A stretch of DNA of 59,956 nucleotides, counting the filler. It is 5 parts of 5 records of this genome, joined end to end, with 100 filler letters (N's around TTAATTAATTAA, not from the genome) between each part and the next. Parts side by side here need not be neighbours in the genome. Positions count along the whole stretch, not along the records: positions 14,862 to 22,935 come from DRR723986_10871; positions 23,036 to 43,951 come from DRR723986_10877; 3 more parts are not named here. The stretch is one strand, 5' to 3'. Shown here piece by piece: positions 21,201 to 28,500 of the stretch (position 1 is the stretch's first letter; every line of letters starts with the position of its first letter). The position numbers and the translations under genes are program-made. The notes below the pieces were generated by a model, which was not told the DNA's origin, ran no database searches, and saw only the letters and a list, made by a program, of their open reading frames with translations.

Positions 21201-21567
21201 CGTCACTGCCGGCAAATATCCCTTCCACCTTGTCATCGTGAAAAAGTGTTTGATTGCTGAGAGTAATTGCTGAGGTCCCGCTCAGGCTCCAGCCATATCC
21301 ATACGATCCATTACCGGCCTGGCTGTTGTAGACCAGCGACAGTGAAGGTTGGACATTATTTCGGCCGGCGGGAATGTCGAGTGGGAGGTTAAAAGTAAAC
21401 GCCCCGGTTGGACTGACATCATAGCCGGTAGCCGACTTGCCCACCGCCAGACTGACATTAACAACATCCTGATCTTTGAGAAATGTGCTGCTATATGGCG
21501 GTTGATACGCCTGTATTAACGTCGCCGGCAGCAACAGCGCGGCTAAGACACACAATAAATTATTCAT
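15232..21567 (-). CDS. Secreted RHS/YD-repeat protein (SpvB-like N-terminus, FG-GAP repeats, RHS core) with C-terminal HExxH domain
   Basis: Signal peptide MNNLLCVLAALLLPATLIQA; GAFTFNLPLDIPAGR..PSLSLVYNS (SpvB/TcB-type); GDFNGDGxxD repeats; many YD repeats; core RGYTGHEHL..MNGRLYDP..NPLKYSDPSG; tail with HEYFH...PLEVRAF. Confidence 0.9.
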   Translation of the reverse strand: MNNLLCVLAALLLPATLIQAYQPPYSSTFLKDQDVVNVSLAVGKSATGYDVSPTGAFTFNLPLDIPAGRNNVQPSLSLVYNSQAGNGSYGYGWSLSGTSAITLSNQTLFHDDKVEGIFAGSDERFALDGNRLFALQGVYGANATVYGGEQENYVKITSHGQLGSGPLWFEVETKSGMVLEYGNHTLARTLDGTGQKVLIWSINKATDRFGNYMTYAYDFWNDGEPHLDYVAYTGNSQTGNAPFASIDFIYSTGTRTDENQLYMTREENVMRMDKLLSAIDVKVGSQSYKRYEFLYAFQDNYSYLNEIKESNGTLEYNSTRFSYWDAGHNIENSQTLILAGTYDYLPGDFNGDGVSDLLRAEIYYNHNGFKGYSAANIFLGSGSGNGTFNSSAPLSITLGVILDTKAKFHANNNSNEGMVLCEVGDFNGDGKDDIVTAHGREEKRKVGPFGLQTEKFFKIDEVRFYYSECHGYQTSFAPAQSMIIPADNYVGEDNFFTTGDFNGDNARDLYCAFTDGLKEQSNHIHNDSQPVIYCPRINTAPFSVSGIPNQQGLDWGFNDRVYPLDMDGDGRNDIIQLGAGGTYNDVWEFIFTPGSQQVAAQKFDVLTNLNHTHHFRFGDYNGDGKTDILRSTDRLWWNIWLSNGTNFEHLWQVNPLNLDIVNPSEAAIRVADCNGDGKADILWTNYDINSNSTQWELHYSYGLQLSAESGVLSNTAIRGHGLTRLLDIEGDGATELFSARDIFSYFNITDFNSDDRKPGLMHIASTGLKEIVEVSYASIAGDSPRYLYTPAATHQALPAYPLMELHKPLFVTHVLDEPDGSGVKQSIYENGRLEKHYFYREARFHLEGKGFLGFTAVEFEERYGATMNLGNVSGSDKVFLNHTLYELGPLYIPRVQKFHRSLTSPPVGEAGGITFAPTRTMHGNLYSRETTYLDLPLSADSRTVGQPGYVIEGFNIEGYTVETTYDYSAPNALEYGNPTKITIDRAGGLETEVTALQYGQFGTHIPSSVTRRDVETTRQGQPTLHNIVTYDYDIVTGAVKEEQQHYPLLGGGLSPQVKIEHGYTAMGSLDQSTQTVFNHSAPVRLTEYFYDAEERFLEKQVSPLGYTEEWQYDAISGNVLVHAAVNANNVTTNLYDDLHRLVSNTDAFGNVTTIDRQWSLSQTLPIAQVGAADVLYRVLTSTLSLGKSSVVWYDRLGRERLQEMQGYDVGQKNRNYTHYDHFGKVRQSSTPFEGATEQETVSLGYDELGRVVSQSRYAAGQPPVNTVINNYTMTGNAPFVYTTARTIAVTTERADGVKKTEHRDGSGRVFKVFDHNRIIEYDYTSTGDILSVTVDGQVMSVASYDLQSGLQTALDEVNSGVTTYQYNALGELIDQEDAKGEQVNGFLYDELGRILQKSTPEGVFTYSYFNSGPGIGQIAQMVSPNGVTTSYDYTNNGQISKVTENIAGQTFVAGYDYNSLGRLSQETWHSGTVVNYIYTATGYLDQLVDAGNSTIYFDGHGQNAYGQWTRYTLGNGIISSRTYDSFGRPAVINAAGTFAREYQFDAVTANLVSRSNLLTGVQESFSYDDYDRLEEVRLNATLNLTMKYGSQGIIDFQSGLGVYTYNPVKLHAVRQINFSAPPVQTPEAHNIKYNFNQDPLEITNGSGKQATYSYDGLHRRKLMTLDDGQGNITKRYYGVNAEYEFDPATNVWQMVDYISGGDGLCAMVVTTTGQSPQAYGVYRDYLGSICVVTDMGGGVVADISYDSWGRYRDEQTWQGTPTDQYTPVKPSWLWRGYTGHEHLAEFCLIHMNGRLYDPIVGRMLCPDNYVPDLRTAQSYDRYAYVLNNPLKYSDPSGNVPAFVVPWISMSAGGGMYVGLTAGIGTPGVLSSQVTVGYGIDNSDVFASLGGTVSGLTASVGYGTESGYTAGLNYGVLSFTGSSGIGNNLSSIGVNYSQNGGASANAFGFAYGSGGITFSPSFGYSMTFTYAPAVTHAEKREQMLEEYKDELIAHHGQDVFETTKFRSTRLPRSLRLFGVTTPRGIQETNGIVKSNNQVVAINRRYINRWYRGVGRNVVKGTVFHEYFHAREFHNGVTVDEYYYSGPYRTDPLEVRAFRYELNNFGTGGWFFK

Positions 21568-21607
21568 TGGTTTCCTGGTATTAAAATTTGAGGGTATTGC
21601 TATATTG

Positions 21608-22078
21608 TTACTGCTTGATAAACAGCCAGTTGCTAACAACGTCGTTGTGGGTCAATTGCAAATAGTAACTGCCTGCGGTAAAACCCACTACATCGATTTC
21701 CAGCTTTTGATCAGGTGCATCGTTCTGATATAGCACCTTGCCGCTGACATCTGTCACTCTTAATGAGCCCGTAACATTAACCGCTTCCGAGAACTCGAGC
21801 GTAACACGTTCTGTAGCAGGATTAGGATAGATCTTCACCACGACTTCGCCTAACTTGTCGTGATAAATTCGTACGGCATCCGACGCGGCGCTGCCGTGTT
21901 TTTGCAGGGTGAATAACTTGTCCGACCTGTTGCCGGCATCATCGTAGAAATACTTCAAATAGGGTTGAGCTTCAAGGTCGGCGGAGAGAAACAGCAGCCC
22001 GAAAAAAACCGCTACGGATAGGGGGAACTGGGATATTCTCAAGAGAACTCCTAATGCGCCATCAAAGTTTGAAGGCAA
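21608..22078 (-). CDS. Small T9SS type A sorting (CTD) domain protein with one YD-like motif
   Basis: Hydrophobic signal ending AQ, YFYDDAGNR, then VKIYPNP...GSYYLQL...FIKQ. Start codon uncertain. Confidence 0.8.
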   Translation of the reverse strand: MPSNFDGALGVLLRISQFPLSVAVFFGLLFLSADLEAQPYLKYFYDDAGNRSDKLFTLQKHGSAASDAVRIYHDKLGEVVVKIYPNPATERVTLEFSEAVNVTGSLRVTDVSGKVLYQNDAPDQKLEIDVVGFTAGSYYLQLTHNDVVSNWLFIKQ

Positions 22079-22900
22079 GTGTCAAGTTTTGTTAAGGAGA
22101 ATCAGGCTGTAATGTTGATGGTGCGCAACGGCGTTACATCACGTGTTGCTGTAATCCACGGATGTGCACGAACTAAAAACTGTTAACAAAGGAGCCTCCA
22201 TGTCAATGGGGCTATTTTATCGGCAAACGACCAGACACTTACGACTTATTCCAGCAAAATCAGGGCTTTCGGGAGCAATGTAATTAACAGACTCACCAAA
22301 TAAAACACCTGAGGTTAACAACAAAAAAACGACATCTTATTATTCATCAAATCGGTGTGTATATGGGGATTGACAAGGCATTTGTGGGTTTCAGAATACT
22401 CGTCATATTGACGAACATTCATAGTATAGGGACGATGGTTGTAGCGGTAGCCCCAGTTAGCCTGCCTGGCATCCACATCAATGACACACAACGTCTAAGA
22501 GTGTCGCAGGCTTTCTGTCCAAATTCCAAAACAATCCATCTTTCATTGGTATCGGTTTCACAGCGCTACGAAACTTCAGTCAGCTGTGCCAGTACTGTTT
22601 GGTTTTATCAGAGTGAGCCATCTCTCAATAAATACTGTTTACAGAAATTCCTGCCAGCCAAAATGGTACATCATCGTGCGAATTATTACAACCGTCGATT
22701 CAGATATCGCAGGCTGTCAAGACAGTAAAAATCAGAAACTATTTTCTTCGAGCCTCATCGAGCAGGCAACAACCCACCTCCTTGTTTAATCAAAAATAAT
22801 AGAAGGCCATCTCTGCAAGCTCTGTCGTCGAACTAGTGGGTTTGACTCCGAGTTACGGAGTGAATCTTGCTTTGGTATAAGAACCGATTGACACTTAAAA

Positions 22901-22935
22901 CAAAAAAGCCGCTCCGGAGTATCCGGAGCGGCTGG
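22901..22935 (-). terminator. Intrinsic terminator whose last 11 nt match the other end of the contig
   Basis: AGCCGCTCCGGA-GTA-TCCGGAGCGGCT perfect 12-bp stem with an A-run on the left (U-tract on the minus strand). Confidence 0.75.
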
Positions 22936-23035
22936 NNNNNNNNNNNNNNNNNNNNNNNNNNNNNNNNNNNNNNNNNNNNTTAATTAATTAANNNNNNNNN
23001 NNNNNNNNNNNNNNNNNNNNNNNNNNNNNNNNNNN
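22936..23035. other. Artificial contig linker
   Basis: N-run/TTAATTAATTAA/N-run, 100 nt. Confidence 0.98.
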
Positions 23036-23292
23036 CGGGGCGAGCCCTAAGGGCTCGACCCGGTTGATTTGAAGCTCGATTTCGCCGATTTCCAGATAAC
23101 ATTCCCGCCGAAAACCCCAAGTCTCAACGACATCTAACTCAATCCTCTCTCCGCTCCTCGCGACTACCGGCTTTAGGGCTTGTTCCGTGCACTTTTTTGC
23201 AACAGTTTAGGCCCCGGACCTGTATGCCCCACATACTTCTGCCCTGGTCAGCAGCTGCCAACGAATCTCTACTCACACAATCTGAAGACATA

Positions 23293-23751
23293 ATGATTGC
23301 ACTTCTTATACTCGCAGGGCTCTGTTTCATAGGTACAGCCGTTTTTGGCTTCTTCCTGCTGCGTGGCTATCGCTCGCGCAATTGGCCGGCGGTTAGGGCT
23401 ACAATCAAAGAGTCCAATATCGAAGATGTCTGGGTGATGACCAACAATGTCCCCATTCGCACTTTTGAACTGAAAGTGCAGTATGAGTATGAGTTTCAAG
23501 GCAATTCTTACACAGGCAAACGCCTGGGCAAAATCCTTAGCAGCGCATCATCCCCAAAACAAGCAAAAGAATTGGAAGAGAAGTATCCGGTAGGTCTCGA
23601 GCTACAAGTACACGTGGATCCGCAGAACCCGGAAATGGCAGTCGTTGGTCCTGGTGTCCACCCCGCTCTGCTCATCACAACTATCCTGTTTGCAGGTGGT
23701 ACTTTGATGCTACTGCTTTTAGCATTAAACGAAGCCGCAGGAATCGAGTAA
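23293..23751 (+). CDS. DUF3592-family membrane protein
   Basis: N-terminal TM, SRNWPAVRATI, VQYEYEFQGNSYTG, YPVG..VHVDPQNP, C-terminal TM. Confidence 0.75.
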   Translation: MIALLILAGLCFIGTAVFGFFLLRGYRSRNWPAVRATIKESNIEDVWVMTNNVPIRTFELKVQYEYEFQGNSYTGKRLGKILSSASSPKQAKELEEKYPVGLELQVHVDPQNPEMAVVGPGVHPALLITTILFAGGTLMLLLLALNEAAGIE

Positions 23752-23852
23752 CTCAAAACTTACTGAAGACCGCCGCCAGAGTTGGCATACCATCACATCA
23801 GCCATTTGTGATCTCTTCTTCAAACACGGAAAGCTAAAAACAAGGATATCAT

Positions 23853-24392
23853 ATGCAGTTCGAAAATCTACTCTCTGAAGAGTTCCTGGCAATTGTAGTT
23901 GTTGCGGCAATTCTGGCAGGCCTGGGATATTTTTTGCTCGACCGCATTTTTCACAGCCGTGCGGCCAAAACGTGGCCACTGGTCGACGCCACAATTGTCA
24001 GTTCACGCCTCGAAACAATTTATCACAACGAACCTAATACCCACTTTCTCGTGATTGCAGGCGACGCTGAACGTCACAGTAGCGGCGTTTACCCCTATTA
24101 TGGAGCAGCAGTTAGCTTTGAATATCAGGTAGACGGCCAAACATACACCAGCAACAAAATCGCCACTTTTGATTCAGTCTACCACCGCAAGGAAGACAAG
24201 GCGCAGGCCGTGCTCGATCTTTTTCCATTCGGTGGCAGCTTCAAAGCACATGTCAACCCGGAAGACCCTGCGGACGCCATGCTTCAGTCCCTGAAACCAG
24301 CCGTACGTAGATCGTTTAACTTGATGGCAACAATAATCAGCGGCATTACGCGCATATTGCCTTCGTCTAAAAAAAGCACGAGTGCCAATTAA
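23853..24392 (+). CDS. DUF3592-family membrane protein (paralogue)
   Basis: N-terminal TM, AKTWPLVDATI, FEYQVDGQTYTS, FPFG..HVNPEDP. Confidence 0.7.
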   Translation: MQFENLLSEEFLAIVVVAAILAGLGYFLLDRIFHSRAAKTWPLVDATIVSSRLETIYHNEPNTHFLVIAGDAERHSSGVYPYYGAAVSFEYQVDGQTYTSNKIATFDSVYHRKEDKAQAVLDLFPFGGSFKAHVNPEDPADAMLQSLKPAVRRSFNLMATIISGITRILPSSKKSTSAN

Positions 24393-24419
24393 ACCGCAGA
24401 GTGCTTAACAATTTCCAGA

Positions 24420-24995
24420 TTAGTTGGACACTTCGCGAGGCTTATCCAGTTCAGCCTCCAGCTTTTGAAGTAGCCCACGAACTTCGGCGTCAACCTCGGG
24501 ATTGTTAATTCCCATTGCCGCCCCATCCGCACTTTCAAAGTGCTGCTGAAACTGCGGCACTCCAACTGAACCGACTTCAGCCCCAGACAGAAAGCCCGAC
24601 AGCAGTTTAGTCATACTCTCGCGAACATATTTACCGCCACCGCGCCCTGGCGTGGCCGAGAGCACAGCAACCGGCTTATGCCCAAAAATGCGTTTGCCGA
24701 CGCGTGACATCCAATCGACAGTATTCTTAAACACTGCGGGGAAAGAGCTGTTGTGCTCGGGAATCGAAATAAGAAATGCGTCGTGGGCTTCGAACAAATC
24801 CACAAGTTTTTGAACGTTGGCCGGCGGGCCGTCCCCAAGTTCAATGTCAAGACTGTAAACCGGAAGTGGGTAGTCCGACAAATCAATAATTGTCACGTCA
24901 TGTGCCGTCACCAGGCCGGCAGCATACGCCACCAGTTGTTTGTTAATTGACTTCGAACTATTGCTGCCGGCAAATGCCAAAATTTTACGTCGCAT
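24420..24995 (-). CDS. NAD(P)H-dependent FMN reductase (flavodoxin-like)
   Basis: AFAGSNSSKSIN, PEHNSSFPAVFKNTVDWMSR, SATPGRGGG. Confidence 0.9.
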   Translation of the reverse strand: MRRKILAFAGSNSSKSINKQLVAYAAGLVTAHDVTIIDLSDYPLPVYSLDIELGDGPPANVQKLVDLFEAHDAFLISIPEHNSSFPAVFKNTVDWMSRVGKRIFGHKPVAVLSATPGRGGGKYVRESMTKLLSGFLSGAEVGSVGVPQFQQHFESADGAAMGINNPEVDAEVRGLLQKLEAELDKPREVSN

Positions 24996-25427
24996 GTTTC
25001 AGACTGTTTAAGTTGGAGAACTTGTCCATATTTTTGCGACGCTTGCAACTCGCAGAAGCCCGGCCAATCGCTCGGACGCATGTGGTACAGGCACAAGACT
25101 CGCAGCCACAAGACAGCATCGCAGCTCCGAAGATAGACAATTTGCAGCGAACGGCAACGCAGGCAGCTGGCCGCGTGAACTCAGGGCTCGTGTGCCTCGA
25201 CGCAGACTCAAATGTTTGCGGCTTTTGGCCCGGTGACGAACATAATTAAAAAGCTAGCCGACAAGTCTTTGGTGGCGCGGCGTTCATGCCGGCTGCGGCA
25301 GACCATTGACACACTGCAACAGAGGCCCCGGCAAATACTTACAATTCTACAGTAAATCAGCCCGAGACACAATTCGCGGCGGGTGCAGGCGTCGCCTAAC
25401 ATCTTAGCTGCTGATTTTAGACTTACG

Positions 25428-25979
25428 ATGGATACGAAAGTTATGCGTACGCACCCCTGGCACGATGTTAACTATGGCGCGGAGTCTCCCGCAGTTGTTC
25501 GCGGAATCATTGAAATCCCCAAGAATTCGCGTGCTAAATACGAGCTGGACAAAGAGTCGGGCATGTTGATTCTGGACCGTGTGCTGTATTCGTCGATTAA
25601 CTATCCGGCTAATTACGGGTTTATTCCGCGCACATATTGTGACGATAATGACCCGCTTGACATTCTTGTGTTTTCGCAGGTAGAAATTGTGCCGATGTGT
25701 ATTGTTGATGCCAAAGTTGTCGGCGTAATGCAAATGCTTGACGGCGGCGAAAAAGATGACAAAATCATTGCGGTTGCAGCAAACGACATGAGTGTTAACC
25801 ATGTTAACGATATCAGCGAGATGCCGCGCCATTTGATCCGCGAAATGCGCAGCTTCTTTGAAGACTACAAAAAGCTCGAGAATAAAACTGTTGTAGTTGA
25901 AGACTTCCAGAATCGTGAAGTTGCCATGCAGGTTGTTAACAAATCGATTGAAGACTACAAGTTAAAGTTTACAGATTAA
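25428..25979 (+). CDS. ppa: Inorganic pyrophosphatase (family I)
   Basis: [40 protein letters not shown]. Confidence 0.95.
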   Translation: MDTKVMRTHPWHDVNYGAESPAVVRGIIEIPKNSRAKYELDKESGMLILDRVLYSSINYPANYGFIPRTYCDDNDPLDILVFSQVEIVPMCIVDAKVVGVMQMLDGGEKDDKIIAVAANDMSVNHVNDISEMPRHLIREMRSFFEDYKKLENKTVVVEDFQNREVAMQVVNKSIEDYKLKFTD

Positions 25980-26511
25980 CATGGGCAGTGAGCGGCTCCA
26001 GAATACTCTCCAACTCGAACTCCGGAATAGCTGAACCTATAAGTTGCGTACCCAACGAACGTTTCGACCAAAGTCATCAGGCTTCAACAAAACGCGCACC
26101 GATAGAAGTTGCGGCTGTAAATAGCACCGACGACAAAAGCACGGGCATGGAGTCGGGCGATAGTCTTCTGTGTATTGCCGGATTCGCGGGATTCCCCTGG
26201 CAGACGGAACGTTGCCAATATCCCGTGTATCATGCAGTATCACTGCCTGTGGCGGGTGCAGTATGTGCGGCGAATCAACACTGCACGCGTTATCCCGCTG
26301 CGCATCAATTCCGGCGGCGCTATTCTACTCCAGATCGTAATCCGGCCCCACCGCGCAAAAGAGGCCACAAACGTCGGTTTCTGCCACATTTTTTGTATAC
26401 TGCCGCTCTCCGCGTACAAAAGCTAAGCCCATTAAACCACACCCACGGGGCAAGCGCGGAAATATGTCATTATCCCGTCATAAATCATTCTCACATTTCT
26501 GGAGTAGCTTC

Positions 26512-27207
26512 ATGCAAAAATTTATCGCCGAATTCATTGGCACAATGTGGCTTGTCTTGGGTGGCTGCGGTAGCGCCGTCCTCGCAGCGGCCTACCCCGA
26601 GCTTGGCATTGGATTCGTTGGTGTCTCTTTTGCCTTCGGTTTAACCGTACTGACGATGGCATATGCAATTGGCCATATTTCAGGTTGCCACCTTAACCCC
26701 GCCGTTACTATCGGTTTGTGGATGGGCGGTAGATTTGACTCTAAAGACTTGGCACCCTACATTATCTCACAAGTCTTAGGTGGTATCGCCGGTGCCGGAA
26801 TTCTCTTCCTGATAGCCAGTGGCAAACCCGGATTCGAAGTTGGTGGTTTTGCGTCGAATGGTTTTGGTGAATTCTCGCCGGGCGGCTACAGTATGATGGC
26901 GGTTCTGATTTGTGAAGTTGTCATGACCTTCATCTTTTTGTTCGTCATTCTGGGCACAACACATTCCAAAGCACCTGGTGGATTCGCCGGAATCGCGATT
27001 GGTTTGTGTTTAACATTGATCCACCTGATTAGCATTCCAGTCAGCAACACATCTGTTAATCCAGCGCGCAGCACCAGCCAGGCATTGTTTGCCGATGGTG
27101 GTGCCGCAATGAGCCAACTCTGGCTTTTCTGGGTCGCTCCAATTGTGGGTGCGGTATTGGCCGGCCTTGTGTATAAAATGATATCTCCGAATAAAGGCAC
27201 GGCTTAA
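26512..27207 (+). CDS. aqpZ: Aquaporin Z
   Basis: [18 protein letters not shown] and both NPA boxes ([19 protein letters not shown]), WLFWVAP. Confidence 0.95.
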   Translation: MQKFIAEFIGTMWLVLGGCGSAVLAAAYPELGIGFVGVSFAFGLTVLTMAYAIGHISGCHLNPAVTIGLWMGGRFDSKDLAPYIISQVLGGIAGAGILFLIASGKPGFEVGGFASNGFGEFSPGGYSMMAVLICEVVMTFIFLFVILGTTHSKAPGGFAGIAIGLCLTLIHLISIPVSNTSVNPARSTSQALFADGGAAMSQLWLFWVAPIVGAVLAGLVYKMISPNKGTA

Positions 27208-27243
27208 CATTTAGCCCCGACTTTTTCAAAATATTCAACAATC

Positions 27244-27298
27244 GTACAGGCGCCCTTCCGCTTTGGGAACAGGAATGTTTCACTGAAGGGCGCCGTAC
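27244..27298. terminator. Stem-loop downstream of aqpZ
   Basis: GGCGCCCTTC...GAAGGGCGCC inverted repeat with flanking GTAC pairing. Confidence 0.5.
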
Positions 27299-27734
27299 GT
27301 TTAAAGCAGACTTCCAGCCGATTTACCAGGTAACTCACCACAGACGAAGTTTCTGTTCCCGCGTACTTTTGTTCGCCACCTTAGGGCATCGATTTCACAG
27401 ATCGATTTCTAGATGTGATTTCCTGGACAAACCGCTTGAGCGCTTGCGCCCCTTTGCTACGCACGTGGCTGGCTGTTTCTTTTTGTTAGTTGTTAATGCA
27501 AACACTTCAAATACATCAGTTAACCGGTGAGGCTCTGATAAAAACAGGCTAAATGCTTGTGACAGGCTAATTAACATTTCTTGGGTGGCCGAAAAACTAC
27601 ACCCAATGCACTGAGGCAATCGTGGTGATAAAATTGGCCGCATCAGCACGATACGATGAGAGTACAAACCCGTCTGCCGAAAAATAGTCCGCAGACGGGA
27701 ACTTACCTGCGAGAGTTGCATAAAAATTTTGAGC

Positions 27735-28214
27735 TTACATCTTCGGGTCGTTCAAATCGATTTCACCAACTGGAATCCATTCGGTGCTGCCAATGTGCTG
27801 AACAGACAAAGACACTCTGTTGGGTTGAGCGGCTGGATCGCTACGCTCAACACATAGTCCCGCAATATTGTGAACACTTGTCCAATCTCCTGGAAGCAAC
27901 ATACTCTCTGGTATCCAGATCGGCGCACTCATGGTTAACATACTCGAATAACCAGTACTAGTCTCACTGTTTACCATGACAACACAGGCCTGGTCGGACT
28001 CACTCAGATACAAGCCACTGACGGATATGTGGAAGGCTGAAAGATTTGGCAGGTGCATATGAAACACATGGATTGGGTCTGCTGCTTCGACCAACTCAAG
28101 ATCCGGAGTCGGCTCTGGATTTGGACGAACTCCCTTTTTGTGCTTCAAGTCTGTGCCGGATGCTTGTTTGTTAGCTGTTACTGTCATGATCTCTGTTCCC
28201 AAACGTTGATACAT
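27735..28214 (-). CDS. Hypothetical protein
   Basis: 159-aa ATG ORF, not shadowed by a known gene, divergent from 28501. No recognisable motif. Confidence 0.5.
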   Translation of the reverse strand: MYQRLGTEIMTVTANKQASGTDLKHKKGVRPNPEPTPDLELVEAADPIHVFHMHLPNLSAFHISVSGLYLSESDQACVVMVNSETSTGYSSMLTMSAPIWIPESMLLPGDWTSVHNIAGLCVERSDPAAQPNRVSLSVQHIGSTEWIPVGEIDLNDPKM

Positions 28215-28500
28215 AATTTGAATTCGAAATCAAAGTAACTCAGCAGCAAGACTCAATACCAGACAGCTTTTGGACAAGAATTGCAATTCCAAGCCCGTTT
28301 TATGCCGCTGTAAATTCTCTCGTTCTGCCATTAATTGTTATTTTTCAAACACTTGGGGCAATTGTAAAAACGCTGTGGGCTCATACTTCTGCCTCAAGCC
28401 AGGCGGGCCACAGCCGGGGTCCCCCGCTGCAAATCTTCCTTGCAGGTGTTTTGACAATCCAGCCATTCATCCGATTTCAACACAAAGATCAGGCAGAGCT

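Noticed and set aside
22080-22900. ORF 22357..22728 and interrupted minus-strand frames as a gene or pseudogene
   Set aside because: No motif I can recognise on either strand; a homology search would be needed.
14862-22935. Calling contig 3 a plasmid, phage or transposon
   Set aside because: No replication, integrase, transposase or structural genes; an 11-nt terminal match alone is insufficient.
23040-23059. Hairpin CGAGCCC-TAA-GGGCTCG at the start of contig 4 as a REP element
   Set aside because: Only one copy seen in the window and it is cut by the contig edge, so it cannot be classified.
25988-26511. 218-aa ORF and other short ORFs between ppa and aqpZ
   Set aside because: No recognisable motif, and the long ORF runs out of frame into aqpZ; cannot be supported as a gene.
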